From a virus: a stretch of 64,000 bases of DNA. The position numbers were made by a program, and so were the translations under genes. Shown piece after piece: positions 44,703 to 55,448 of this stretch. The stretch lies in the IMG/VR virus record IMGVR_UViG_3300042549_007727; one strand, given 5' to 3'. Every line of letters begins with the position of its first letter. Position 1 is the first letter of the stretch. A model generated the notes under the pieces. The model did not search any database. It saw nothing but the letters and a program-made list of their open reading frames with translations, and was not told where the DNA came from.

Positions 44703-46790
44703 ATGACAACAGTATTTCAAGACAGAGAATTAGCAGTTGACTACAGGTATTTTGTAGTTGATCTAATGAGCAATGAGCTGCTTGCGGAGATACCATTTAC
44801 TGATGTATCTTATAGCCGATCGCTGAGAGAAGCGGGAACATTTAGCGGGTCAATTGCAGTAACAGAGGCAACTGCAAACTTAAGCTTATACGAAAACACC
44901 CTACCGGGTAAAACCGCGCTATATGTAGTAAGAAATAATATCTGTGTTTGGGGCGGAATAATTTGGACTAGATCTTATGACATAGTGGGAAAAAGTTTAA
45001 GTGTTGATGCCTCCGAATTTAGTAGCTATTTCTATAAAAGAGTTATGTGGAAGACTTGGGTAAATGCTTACCAAGCTAGCATTGTAGTTTCAGGCTCTAT
45101 AGTGAACGTTACTTTAGATTTTGCTGAGGCTAGTAGCATTGCTGTTGGTCGCCCTGTGTATATTGACTGGAGCGAGGATCACTCTGCTTATAGCGGGTAC
45201 TACACTCCACTCTCTTCCCCAGCGCCCGGTCTAACTGAAGACGGTAGAACAACTTTTAGCGTGGCAAATGGCTATGTAGCGGCAAATGGTGACGCAAAAA
45301 CTATACCTAACATGAGCCTAAAAGGCATAATAACAGTAGAAGTAAATCAAGACACATATGACTATGCTAGACAGCTATTTATTGAGCTTGAGACAGATCT
45401 TTTTGATTTTGACTTTCCTAATGATGCTATTAGACCAGGAATAGATGTTTTTAATACTATAGACACATATTCTCGGTCAGGAAATGTTGCTTTTATAACA
45501 CTAAATCAACCGCATCAGCTAATTCCTGGCCAAAGAATATCGGTTACGGATGCTGACAATGGTTTTGATGACCTAGAAGCCACCGTGTTGACTGCCCCGA
45601 CCCCGTTAACACTGTCTTATACAAATACTGGACCAAACGTATCGACGACCAGTGCTGTAGACACTGGTGGCCTTATAGATTTCTGGCAAAGAAATCAGGG
45701 TATAGTTACGGTAACTACTTTTAACCCGCACGGCTTTAAAAAAGACGATATTGTATACATAGATAACCTAAACGCTTCTGTAAACGGCTATCATAGGGTA
45801 CTTGTAGGTGATGTAGAAGATTCAGGCACATATTTTCAGATAGCTAGTGCTGGAAGTGATCTTGGTATTAGTTTTGCCGGTAACAGCGGGGCTACAGCTA
45901 TCGTGTCGCCCGCAGTTAACTACTCTACATGGGGCGAGTTCACTCGAAATGGTGATCTTGACATGGGGTACTCTAGCGAGTTGCCTAGCCAAAAACTACA
46001 AAAAGCTGATCCCGTTAGAGGTTTTGAATTAAAATCGGTAGGAGAAATTTTAGAAGAGTACTCTAATGTTGCTAATGGTTTTGAGTACAGAATTGATTGT
46101 TTCTATGACTCCACTACCAACTCTTTTAAAAGAACTTTTGTGTTTTTACCGCTATTTCCAAACAGCCTAAAAGAGTACATAGATTCTTTGCCTGGAGGGG
46201 TCCTACCACCGGGAGAGTTTGCTCCAGTTTCTGCCTATGAAGCAGATAAGTATGTTTTTGAGTATCCAGGAAATATACTAAACGCAACCCTAGAAGAGAA
46301 TGCTCAAGAAGCGGCAACCAGATTTTGGGTTCAGGGGAGCGACTCCACGCTAAGTTCCGATGCAAGTCAGCCATACTCTGGTGCTGCCGATGTAGACCTG
46401 TTAAGTAGGGGTTGGCCCCTACTTGAAGAAGTAGAAAAAGTCGACAACGTAGCAGAAGAAAGCACTTTGCATGAGCGCGCTAAACGGTTTTTAGCCGAGT
46501 CTAAGCCCCCTATTAGCAACTTCACCATATCGGTAAACGGGTCCTTGACTCCTATTGTTGCAAGCTATAAACCAGGTGATTGGTGTTCGGTTATAATTAA
46601 TGATGACTTTGTGAAATTGCGCCTAACAAGTTACATAGAGTTAAATGACGGAACTGGACGAGAAGTACTTTTGAGAAAAATTGACGCATATAGTGTAACT
46701 GTGCCAGACAATCCTGCATTTCCGGAAAAAGTAGACCTTCAACTAGTTACAGAAGCAGAGGTGGACAAAATTGGCAATCCGACGTCGTAG
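44703..46790 (+). CDS. minor tail protein (baseplate hub/Tal-like)
   Basis: VWGGIIWTR; FEYPGNI; internal H.L..G..V.I beta repeats. Confidence 0.75.
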   Translation: MTTVFQDRELAVDYRYFVVDLMSNELLAEIPFTDVSYSRSLREAGTFSGSIAVTEATANLSLYENTLPGKTALYVVRNNICVWGGIIWTRSYDIVGKSLSVDASEFSSYFYKRVMWKTWVNAYQASIVVSGSIVNVTLDFAEASSIAVGRPVYIDWSEDHSAYSGYYTPLSSPAPGLTEDGRTTFSVANGYVAANGDAKTIPNMSLKGIITVEVNQDTYDYARQLFIELETDLFDFDFPNDAIRPGIDVFNTIDTYSRSGNVAFITLNQPHQLIPGQRISVTDADNGFDDLEATVLTAPTPLTLSYTNTGPNVSTTSAVDTGGLIDFWQRNQGIVTVTTFNPHGFKKDDIVYIDNLNASVNGYHRVLVGDVEDSGTYFQIASAGSDLGISFAGNSGATAIVSPAVNYSTWGEFTRNGDLDMGYSSELPSQKLQKADPVRGFELKSVGEILEEYSNVANGFEYRIDCFYDSTTNSFKRTFVFLPLFPNSLKEYIDSLPGGVLPPGEFAPVSAYEADKYVFEYPGNILNATLEENAQEAATRFWVQGSDSTLSSDASQPYSGAADVDLLSRGWPLLEEVEKVDNVAEESTLHERAKRFLAESKPPISNFTISVNGSLTPIVASYKPGDWCSVIINDDFVKLRLTSYIELNDGTGREVLLRKIDAYSVTVPDNPAFPEKVDLQLVTEAEVDKIGNPTS

Positions 46791-49734
46791 AAAGACACTA
46801 ACTAACTTTCTGAGCAGTATGGAACGCCGTGTGAACACGGTCGAACTTAGGCCTATAAGCCTACTAACCAGCGGTCAAGTTGCAGCAATCGTAGCCGGTG
46901 CGGGGAGTCTTGACACGGGTCCCGACACTATTGTGTCTGTTAATGCTCCAAACCAATATAAAAGAATTATCGAGGGCTACTACTACAGTAATCTTTTGAC
47001 GGGCGCAGAGCCCAGAGTAGAGCTATATTTTAGCGCTGATACTGGTCTAGATACAGACAAAACTATTAGAGTCGAAGGCATTCACCAGTTAGACGACAAC
47101 GGCACCCCCGTAGAGTTTAGAGTTTCTAGTGACTATAAGACTCTTTCAGTTGATACTCCACCCTGGGAAGAGCGCGACTCATTTAACGGTACTCGTCACA
47201 CTCCTGGAAGCGATGTCACAAATACTGCTCTATTCAATGTAGATATTGGAAACGAGTACTCCTCTAGAAAAAGTCTAATAGTTAGTAGAGAAATAGCTTT
47301 CTCAGAGGCGACAACCACTACTGCAAAACTAACTTTTACTAGTACAAACTACTTTCAGGCAGGAGACGTAGTCTATGTTGACGTTCCTTCCACTAGTCAA
47401 TATTACGAAATAGACGGTCTTTTTATAGTAAAAGAAGCAGGGTCTAACTTCATAACTTATGACTTTTCTACTCCACTAGCCGAACCAATCAACTATGCAG
47501 GAGTTGCTGGAAATAGATCTGTCTATGCTGTAGCCAGATCAGCGACTAGAGACGGTGCTACTTGGATTAATACAAGCACTGACCCCGACACTATCTATGC
47601 CTGGAAGGGTATTAGGTGGATAACCTACAGTACCGGAGATGTAACCAAGGATGAGATCGCGCCAGGCCCAGTAACTAATCTGGAGGCCACAAGCGCGAAC
47701 GAGACGCCAGATGGTAATGCTATTGGCTTAAGCAGGGTTACTCTAACTTGGACGGCTCCGGAAAATAGTGCAGACGATACTCCTATAGATGATTTGATTG
47801 GCTATACCATTTGGTGGAGACAGTATGCTACTCAGGAATGGCAAAAAGCAGACATAACTGGTGCTGATACGACATTCAGCGTAGGCGGTTTCGAGCAGGG
47901 TTCTGCAGCATACTTTAGGGTTTTTGCTAGGGACGCTAGCGGTAACCGATCTATCGGAGTGGACATAACCCACACCACTGGAAGAAGCAATCCGGTAATA
48001 GGTAGACCCGGGCCTCCGGTAGTTGAGAGCTATTTAGGAACAATCAAAGTTTCTTACGATGACCTGACTGCATTAGGTAACGTTCAGTCAGGTACCGCTA
48101 AAGAAGTACAAGTTTATATGTCAACCGTAGACGACTTTGATATTGAATCGCCCGGTGCTTATTATGGAAAATTTGCTGCAGGCAATAAGAGTTTCATAAT
48201 TATCCCCGGCACGGAACTAGTTCATGATACGGACTACTATTTTAAAATCAATGTCCGCGATATTTATGGAAACGTAACGCAACCATCGGATCAGGTATCT
48301 GTTAAAGCGCAACTTGAAGACATTGTTACGTTCAATATGCTAGAGGTCGGAAGCCTAGACGGTCAGACCATTACTGGTCTACAAATCCAGACTAATGAGA
48401 ATCCTGGCGTTAACGGCGGAATTATTCTTACTAAGCAGCAACTGATTGCTTATGCTCCCCCGGGTGGCGTAGGCGGGTCAGCTTCTCAGACATTTAGAAT
48501 TGACGCTGCTACAGGAGCGGTATCCATTGGCGAGTATCTAGGTAAGCAGGAAGCTGCTGGCCTATACCTAGGACAATCAAATGCAGCAACGACTTACTCG
48601 ACCAAGGTAGAGGCACAGGCTATCGAGCTAAAGGCCACTAATGCTGCTACAAGCGCCGCCACCGCGGATGGTAAAGCTGTTGATGCCCTAACCAGGATTG
48701 AAGCCGGAGAAATAACAATAACCAAAGCAGGAGCTGTTGGTGCTTTAAACGAAGGCGTAGACCCAGGTAACACTACTACTATAAACGGCGGTCTTATCAA
48801 GACCAACACTATTGATGCGCAAACGATTAAAGCTGGTACTCTTAGGTCTGGCGTTATATACGCAGGAGAGATTAATGCCGACAAGATCACTGCCGGATCT
48901 ATATCTGCAGACAGGCTAACTACTACTTCTTTAGACGCGACCAACCTCAAAGCCGGAACTATTAGTGCAGATAGAATTAAGACTGAGTCCTTATCTGCTG
49001 CCAAAATAAATGCTACCAACATTACCACTGGAAGTATGTCTGGTGACAGAATTTCTGCAGGTACTATTACTGGTACTACGGTGCAAACGTCTTCTGGCGC
49101 TAAAAGAGTTGTTTTAAATAACTCTGCAAATGCTATACAATTTTACTATAATAATACTTTTGCAGGACAAATAGATGGTCAAAGTAGCGCTGGTGCAAAC
49201 CTTGAAATATCTGGACCTGGCACGGCTGGACTTACTGTTGGACTAGTTGCCACGACATTTAGCGGTGGTGTAGCAACTACTGGTAGCGCCAGTATAATCG
49301 CTGCGGGGCGCTGCGGTCAAGGAACTTTTAGTGCTCTAGGTGTGTCTGGTTCTGCCGTATTTAGAGCTCCTGGAGGAGCTAATGCATTTCAATTTGGTCC
49401 TTCAAGCTCTGACGTAAGACTTAAAAAAGATATTGTAGATCTAGAAAATAGCCTAGATTTAATTAATAATCTTCGTCCAGTTAAATTTAGATTTAAGGCC
49501 GAAGAAGACGGTCCAGTTAATTATGGGCTAATTGCTCAAGAAGTCCAGCCATTGTTTGATGACAACGATAACGTCGTAAACTCATATCCAGTTGGAGAAG
49601 ATGAGGAAGATAAAGAAGAGTATCTCAGTGTGGAGTACAACGCCTTTATTGCTCCACTAATTGGTGCAATACAAGAGCTCACCCAAAAAAATCTAGAATT
49701 AGAAGCTAGACTAGCTAATTTGGAAAATTCTTAA
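46771..49734 (+). CDS. tail fibre/spike with FN3 domains and C-terminal S74 intramolecular chaperone
   Basis: PGPVTNL..LTWTAP FN3; I.A..I.AG.I repeats; SDVRLKKDI...GLIAQEV...LIGAIQEL. Confidence 0.85.
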   Translation: MAIRRRRKTLTNFLSSMERRVNTVELRPISLLTSGQVAAIVAGAGSLDTGPDTIVSVNAPNQYKRIIEGYYYSNLLTGAEPRVELYFSADTGLDTDKTIRVEGIHQLDDNGTPVEFRVSSDYKTLSVDTPPWEERDSFNGTRHTPGSDVTNTALFNVDIGNEYSSRKSLIVSREIAFSEATTTTAKLTFTSTNYFQAGDVVYVDVPSTSQYYEIDGLFIVKEAGSNFITYDFSTPLAEPINYAGVAGNRSVYAVARSATRDGATWINTSTDPDTIYAWKGIRWITYSTGDVTKDEIAPGPVTNLEATSANETPDGNAIGLSRVTLTWTAPENSADDTPIDDLIGYTIWWRQYATQEWQKADITGADTTFSVGGFEQGSAAYFRVFARDASGNRSIGVDITHTTGRSNPVIGRPGPPVVESYLGTIKVSYDDLTALGNVQSGTAKEVQVYMSTVDDFDIESPGAYYGKFAAGNKSFIIIPGTELVHDTDYYFKINVRDIYGNVTQPSDQVSVKAQLEDIVTFNMLEVGSLDGQTITGLQIQTNENPGVNGGIILTKQQLIAYAPPGGVGGSASQTFRIDAATGAVSIGEYLGKQEAAGLYLGQSNAATTYSTKVEAQAIELKATNAATSAATADGKAVDALTRIEAGEITITKAGAVGALNEGVDPGNTTTINGGLIKTNTIDAQTIKAGTLRSGVIYAGEINADKITAGSISADRLTTTSLDATNLKAGTISADRIKTESLSAAKINATNITTGSMSGDRISAGTITGTTVQTSSGAKRVVLNNSANAIQFYYNNTFAGQIDGQSSAGANLEISGPGTAGLTVGLVATTFSGGVATTGSASIIAAGRCGQGTFSALGVSGSAVFRAPGGANAFQFGPSSSDVRLKKDIVDLENSLDLINNLRPVKFRFKAEEDGPVNYGLIAQEVQPLFDDNDNVVNSYPVGEDEEDKEEYLSVEYNAFIAPLIGAIQELTQKNLELEARLANLENS

Positions 49735-49736
49735 TA

Positions 49737-50207
49737 ATGATATCTGTACAAGATGGCAATAGGACCCTACAATTTAATGGAAGGGTTCTTGCTAAATCCA
49801 CCTCTAAAAGACATGGCTCTGTTAGGTGGATTGAGTTTGAGCTTTATCAGACAGAAAGCGGGTCTTACATACTTTCCCGGGTGGGAGTTTCCATGGTTTT
49901 TCATGGAGCAGCTTGTTCACTAGTAAAACGATACAATCTACAAGAGGCTCCCACATCAGAACTACACATAAACGCTAGCCCCTGCGAAGAGTGTGACCCA
50001 GACGAAAGCATTGAATTAGTTTTTCCTGAAAAGTATCGCCACTGGGCTCAAGTAACCGATAAGCCAGAGGTGGTCCTAGAATCCCTATATAAATACGACG
50101 ATAATGGGACCAAATATTTGACCTCCGTTGCAGAGCGTTTACTGCAAGAAGCAGCCAAACTTGACTCTGATATAGCGAATGTGTATAATTACGAAATAAT
50201 CCCGTAA
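49737..50207 (+). CDS. hypothetical protein
   Basis: RWIEFELY.T..G.Y; H...C...CEEC possible Zn site. Confidence 0.7.
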   Translation: MISVQDGNRTLQFNGRVLAKSTSKRHGSVRWIEFELYQTESGSYILSRVGVSMVFHGAACSLVKRYNLQEAPTSELHINASPCEECDPDESIELVFPEKYRHWAQVTDKPEVVLESLYKYDDNGTKYLTSVAERLLQEAAKLDSDIANVYNYEIIP

Positions 50208-50237
50208 GGGGCAGCTACACCTAACGAAACGACAAAA

Positions 50238-52061
50238 ATGACATCAGGACTTGAGGGAGTTCAACTAAACCTAGTCAACACCGTTGATGAGGCACAGAAG
50301 TTTATCTCTTGGCTTGGCGAGCGCCGACCACACAATGCAATCGCTATTGACACCGAAACCGGTGAACTTCCAGGCAAGCCTCGCGCCCATGCCCTTTCGC
50401 CTTGGCATGGTCGGCTACGTCTAGTTCAAGTTGGCGATGGGATGACCGGGTGGTCTATCCCATGGGATCAGTGGAAGGGCGTCTTCTACGAAGCAATGGA
50501 AAAGTTTGATGGCCCTATTGTTTGTCACAATGTTGCCTTCGAAGCCAGATGGTTTGATGTCCAGTCCGAGTGGTCGATCCCTTGGCACCGTGTCCACGAC
50601 ACAATGATTATGGCTCAGTTGGTAGACCCGCTAGGTTCGGGAGCCCTAAAAACTCTTACTCAGAAATATATTGATCCTCAGGCTGCAAGATTGCAGTCGG
50701 TTTTAGATGATGGACTAACTGATAATGGTTGGACATGGGGCTCAGTGCCAATTGAGTTTGAGCCTTACTGGTCATATGGCGCACTAGATCCTGTCCTAAC
50801 TATGCGTTTGTGGGAAAAATTCTGGCCTACTTTTCAGCCAGGAGCTATGTATAGCTACCCCTACGAGCTAGAAATGAATACCCGCAGAATTGTTACACGT
50901 ATGGAAATAAACGGTGCAAGAGTCGATGTTGACTACTCACAAAAGAAATACGATGAACTACTTCAATATACAGATCAGGTTCGAATCTGGGGGGAGTCTA
51001 CATACAACGGAATGTCTATTGGAAGTAATCAGCAGCTGGTGGCTCAGTTTGAAAAACTTGGCGCTGAAATCACAGAAAAAACAGCAACTGGTAGAAAGTC
51101 TGCTTCCGCGGAGCAGCTGCAGATTCTTTCAATTAGTGGTACCCCTGAGGTTAAGCAGCTAGCAGATACAGCCTTAAAGTATAGAAAAGCAGGAAAGCTT
51201 GCCTCTACTTATTTCTTAAACTTCTTAAACGATAACGTAAACGGTTTTGTACATCCGTCTGTAAAAACCATGGGCGCTCGTACTGGACGTATGTCTATTC
51301 AGAACCCCGCACTGCAAACTCTACCAAAGGGCGATGACACAGTTCGTCGCGCATTCTTGCCTAAGGATGATGACCACGTAATTGTCACCTCCGACCTTGA
51401 CCAGGTTGAGTTCCGCATGTTCGCATCTCTTTCTGAGGACCCAAACCTGATTCAACTATTCAATCTTGCAGATGCAACTGGCTCTGACCCGTTTACAGAA
51501 ATTGGTAGGGAGATTTACCAGGACCCAAGCATGCAAAAAACAGACAAGAGACGATCTCTAATTAAGGGTGTGATCTACGGTCGTCTATATGGGGCCGGAG
51601 TTGCTAAACAAGCTATTACCGCTGGTGTTCCTGAAGAACAGATGCGTCAGGTTTCAAATGAGTTTGATCGAAAGTTCCCCGGTATGCAGAAGTTCCAAAG
51701 GAAAATTGAAAGTATAGGAACTAAAAGACTAGAAATCGAAGGCCGAGGCTATGTATCTACTTGGACTGGTAGACAGCTACCGTGCGATGACGATAAGGTA
51801 TACACTCTTGTCAATTACTTGGTACAGGGTGGTGCTGCAGAAGTCTTTAAATCGAACCTAATAAAACTAGACCAAGCCGATTTGACCGAGCTTTTAATTG
51901 TTCCGGTACACGATGAAATTGTTCTAAATGCTCCTAGAGAAGACGCCGAAGAGATAAAAAGAATAGTAAAAGAATGTATGACTACAACTCAAGGTTGGGC
52001 GGTTCCTCTTACTGCTGGTGTAGATGGTCCTCTAGAGAACTGGGGCTCCAAGTATGCGTAA
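50238..52061 (+). CDS. polA: DNA polymerase family A (3'-5' exo + pol)
   Basis: DTET ExoI, HN..FE, DLDQVEFR motif A, K..IYG.LYG motif B (Tyr at the 762-equivalent), VHDEI motif C. Confidence 0.95.
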   Translation: MTSGLEGVQLNLVNTVDEAQKFISWLGERRPHNAIAIDTETGELPGKPRAHALSPWHGRLRLVQVGDGMTGWSIPWDQWKGVFYEAMEKFDGPIVCHNVAFEARWFDVQSEWSIPWHRVHDTMIMAQLVDPLGSGALKTLTQKYIDPQAARLQSVLDDGLTDNGWTWGSVPIEFEPYWSYGALDPVLTMRLWEKFWPTFQPGAMYSYPYELEMNTRRIVTRMEINGARVDVDYSQKKYDELLQYTDQVRIWGESTYNGMSIGSNQQLVAQFEKLGAEITEKTATGRKSASAEQLQILSISGTPEVKQLADTALKYRKAGKLASTYFLNFLNDNVNGFVHPSVKTMGARTGRMSIQNPALQTLPKGDDTVRRAFLPKDDDHVIVTSDLDQVEFRMFASLSEDPNLIQLFNLADATGSDPFTEIGREIYQDPSMQKTDKRRSLIKGVIYGRLYGAGVAKQAITAGVPEEQMRQVSNEFDRKFPGMQKFQRKIESIGTKRLEIEGRGYVSTWTGRQLPCDDDKVYTLVNYLVQGGAAEVFKSNLIKLDQADLTELLIVPVHDEIVLNAPREDAEEIKRIVKECMTTTQGWAVPLTAGVDGPLENWGSKYA

Positions 52062-52155
52062 AAGAACACTTGGCTATCCTTGCAGACGCCATAGAATCAG
52101 GTTTACAGGCAGCTACTGCCCCAAATGCTACCTAGAAAGACAGGCAAAACGATGA
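52054..52155 (+). CDS. 33-aa basic Zn-finger peptide
   Basis: CRRH...CPKC; overlaps both neighbours (ATGA). Confidence 0.4.
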   Translation: MRKRTLGYPCRRHRIRFTGSYCPKCYLERQAKR

Positions 52156-52619
52156 CTAAATACGTTCTATCTGTAGACCCTGGAAAGGCCACTGGAATGG
52201 CCCTATTTAGCCTCCAGACGGGCCAGGAGCCCGTTTTAGAGTGGTCTGGGGAGTTCCAACAGCACGAATATGCAGAGCCTATACGGGCCGTTCTTAGTAA
52301 TCCTGATATAGCGGACAATCTGACAGTAGTCTGCGAGCGGTTTACTATAAATGCCCAAACTCTAAGGAATTCTCAGTCTCCATTTAGCTTAGAACAGATA
52401 GGCATACTCAAGCAGTGCATATTAGATGCCGATAAAAATCCTGAAGAAATAGTATTTCAAGCCCCTGCTGATGCTAAGGCTATGTTTCCTAACGAGGCGC
52501 TTAAATTCTTAGAGTATTGGCACCGAGGAGGCGAGGGTCACGCGCTAGATGCAATCCGACACGCCCTACTGAGACTTGTAAAACTTGGATGGAAGCCAGT
52601 AAAACTGCTTGAAAGATAG
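52152..52619 (+). CDS. RuvC-like Holliday junction resolvase
   Basis: SVDPGKATG, VVCE, HALDA. Confidence 0.8.
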   Translation: MTKYVLSVDPGKATGMALFSLQTGQEPVLEWSGEFQQHEYAEPIRAVLSNPDIADNLTVVCERFTINAQTLRNSQSPFSLEQIGILKQCILDADKNPEEIVFQAPADAKAMFPNEALKFLEYWHRGGEGHALDAIRHALLRLVKLGWKPVKLLER

Positions 52620-52695
52620 GTATTATCAAAAAACACTTGCGCAAGTAGTTTTTTTCTGATACTGTCTAAATACGTAATGACGAAATGGAGGCCAC

Positions 52696-54507
52696 GTGCC
52701 TGTACATGTTGAGCTTGATGACTCTTCTACTCACATTCAGATAACCGCTGAGTGGAGATTGAAAGAGATCTGTAGAGCACTACCGGGGTCTACTTGGAGT
52801 GCTAAAGATCAGGTTTGGCGCATTCCGGTTTCTTGGACTGGGTGCCTAGCTTTGCGTTCTACTTTTAAAGAAGAGCTTACTATTGGACCGCGCCTAGGGG
52901 CATGGGCTAAGAATGAACGAGAATCTCGGATTGACCCTAGCAACCTGCTCAGAGACATAGAAGTACAGGAAGACGGAGACCAAGACTTATTTCCTCATCA
53001 AAGAGCTGGCGTTGATTTTCTTGTAAAGTCCCGTAGAGCGCTCCTAGCTGATGAGCCCGGGCTAGGTAAAACCGCCCAGGCTATTCGAGCTCTAAAGAAA
53101 ATGTTTGACGAAGGTCAGGAAGTTTTCCCGGCTCTAGTTGTTTGCCCCAACACCTTGAAAAGCAACTGGGAACGAGAGTTTGACAGATGGTGGCCAGGTG
53201 TCAATGTTTCTGTTGTTAAAGGTAGCGCCATTCAGCGCAAAAAAGCTTTTGAAGAAAAAGCTGATGTCTATGTAATTAACTGGGAGTCTCTGCGCACCCA
53301 CTCTAAGCTTTTGTCTTACGGATCTATAGCTCTGGCCCGTTGTGAAGACTGTGGTGGGCACGACTCTAGAGTCACAGTAAATAGGTGTGAGGTACATCCT
53401 CGCGAACTAAACCTTACAGATTTCAAGTCTGTAATTGCTGACGAAATTCACCGCTCAAAAGACCCTAAATCTAAGCAGACTCGTGCTCTTTGGGCAGCAA
53501 CTGGAGAAGCTGACATTAGATACGCCCTGACTGGTACTCCTATTGCTAACGATGTTGTTGACCTTTGGCCTATCCTTCATTGGCTAGACCCAAAGGAGTG
53601 GCCTAGCAAGACAAAGTGGATTGACAGGTACGTAGATACCATGATTAATGCCTTCGGTGGCATGATGGTTATTGGCCTCAAGCCGACAATGACGGAAGAG
53701 TTCTATGCCGGCATTAACCCACGCATGCGTCGTATGCTCAAAGCTAAAGTGCTTCCTTGGCTCCCTAAAGTTATGACCGAGCGCCGAGATGTAGAGATGG
53801 GGGCTAAACAGGCTAAGGCGTACAAGCAGATGTTGCAGAACATGATTGCCATGCTAGAAAATGACGAGGGAGTTACTGGTGATGCTCTAGTTGCTCCAAA
53901 CCCCCTAACGCAGACAATCAGACTGCTTCAGTTTGCTAATGCTTACGCTCAAATTGAAATCTCTGAGGCTGGCGAAGAGCAAGTAATTTTGTCAGACCCT
54001 TCTTGTAAGGTTGATGCTCTAATGGATGACATGAAAAATGGTGACTTTGGAGATGATTCCGTAGCTGTTTGTGCAGTGTCTAGGCAACTTATAGACATTC
54101 TTAGTGCCAGACTCACAAAAGAAGGCATAGCTCATGGGCTGATTACAGGGGCCCAGGACGGCGATGAAAGACAAAAATCTATTGACGACTTTCAAGCCGG
54201 AAAAACTAAGTGGATCCTATTTACTGCTCAGGCTGGTGGAGTTGGAGTCACCTTGACAAAAGCTCGCCGTCTTGTTATGCTTCAAAGACCTTGGTCTCTT
54301 GTTGATTACAAGCAGGCTTTGGACCGTGTCCACCGCATTGGGTCTGAGATTCATGACTCAATCATTATCACAGACTATGTAACAGAAGGCAGTATCGAAG
54401 AAAGAGTTATTCAAGCTTTGGACGTAAAATCTGATAACTTTGAGCAGATTGTAAAAGACAAAGTAAAACTACTTGAAATGCTAAAGAACGGAATACCGAA
54501 GACATAA
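52696..54507 (+). CDS. SNF2-family helicase
   Basis: ADEPGLGKT, DEIH, LTGTP, QALDRVHRIG. Confidence 0.93.
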   Translation: MPVHVELDDSSTHIQITAEWRLKEICRALPGSTWSAKDQVWRIPVSWTGCLALRSTFKEELTIGPRLGAWAKNERESRIDPSNLLRDIEVQEDGDQDLFPHQRAGVDFLVKSRRALLADEPGLGKTAQAIRALKKMFDEGQEVFPALVVCPNTLKSNWEREFDRWWPGVNVSVVKGSAIQRKKAFEEKADVYVINWESLRTHSKLLSYGSIALARCEDCGGHDSRVTVNRCEVHPRELNLTDFKSVIADEIHRSKDPKSKQTRALWAATGEADIRYALTGTPIANDVVDLWPILHWLDPKEWPSKTKWIDRYVDTMINAFGGMMVIGLKPTMTEEFYAGINPRMRRMLKAKVLPWLPKVMTERRDVEMGAKQAKAYKQMLQNMIAMLENDEGVTGDALVAPNPLTQTIRLLQFANAYAQIEISEAGEEQVILSDPSCKVDALMDDMKNGDFGDDSVAVCAVSRQLIDILSARLTKEGIAHGLITGAQDGDERQKSIDDFQAGKTKWILFTAQAGGVGVTLTKARRLVMLQRPWSLVDYKQALDRVHRIGSEIHDSIIITDYVTEGSIEERVIQALDVKSDNFEQIVKDKVKLLEMLKNGIPKT

Positions 54508-55448
54508 TGACAACTACAGAGCCAATTAAAATCTCTAACTCAGAGATTCAAACATTTAAAGATTGCCGACGCCGTTGGTGGCTGACTTATTACCGTCGCT
54601 TAAAGCCAAAAATGAAGGATTACACTGGAGCACTGGCTTTAGGTTCCCGCATTCACGAAGCCTTAGACCGTCACTACTCTACTGGTATTGACCTATTAGA
54701 TGCTCATGCCGAGTTAATCAAGGAAGACATCAAGAAGATGACTGATGCTAACCGCGATACCTCGAGCCTGGAGACAGAAGCCGAACTTGGCCGAGTCATG
54801 CTTGAGGGCTACTTAGAGTGGGTTGAGCTTGAAGGCATTGATGCTGAACTTGAAATGATTTCTACAGAAGAAATTCTTGAGCGTTCAATGATGGACGGCA
54901 AGGTTATTCTTCAGGGAAAGATTGATATGCGTGTCCGCCGTAAGATTGACGGTGCTCGCATGATCCGAGACTTTAAGACTGTCGGTGGTTCTTTTGCTGA
55001 CTTCGGTGCAATGGCACACATGAACGAGCAGGTTAAAACCTACATGCTTCTGGACGAAGCTCAGGAGCAAGATGAGGACGGCGCTAGAACCGACGGTGCC
55101 ATCTTCACAATGCTGCGGAAAGTCAAGCGTGGTGCTTATGCAAAGCCACCGTTCTATGACCAGATCGAGGTTCGTCACAACAGATTTACTTTACGTGCTT
55201 TCCTAGAGCAAGTGGAGGGTACATTTGAGGACATGCTTCGCGTTCGTGACGCGTTGGATGCCGGAGGGAGTCACTACAAAAATGCATACCCGACTCCAAC
55301 CAAAGACTGCAAATGGAAGTGCCAATTTTTCGCTATCTGCCCGCTGTTTGACGACGGCTCGGCAGCAGAGGCCGCTCTGAGCGATTCGTTTGAGTCAGCC
55401 GACCCATACGGTTATTACGGAATCGAAGAGAAGAAAGGAAGTGAGTAA
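54507..55448 (+). CDS. PD-(D/E)XK exonuclease (RecB/Cas4-like)
   Basis: SNSEIQTFKDC, GKID...DFKT, C..KC.F..IC. Confidence 0.85.
   Translation: MTTTEPIKISNSEIQTFKDCRRRWWLTYYRRLKPKMKDYTGALALGSRIHEALDRHYSTGIDLLDAHAELIKEDIKKMTDANRDTSSLETEAELGRVMLEGYLEWVELEGIDAELEMISTEEILERSMMDGKVILQGKIDMRVRRKIDGARMIRDFKTVGGSFADFGAMAHMNEQVKTYMLLDEAQEQDEDGARTDGAIFTMLRKVKRGAYAKPPFYDQIEVRHNRFTLRAFLEQVEGTFEDMLRVRDALDAGGSHYKNAYPTPTKDCKWKCQFFAICPLFDDGSAAEAALSDSFESADPYGYYGIEEKKGSE

Noticed and set aside
23844-49028. Long antisense ORFs (e.g. 23844..24509, 33170..33778, 40664..41230, 42014..42757, 48594..49028)
   Set aside because: Shadows of biased codon usage in the sense structural genes; no RBS or recognisable domains
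54507-55448. CRISPR-associated Cas4
   Set aside because: Sits in an exonuclease-Sak4-SSB recombination module with no CRISPR context
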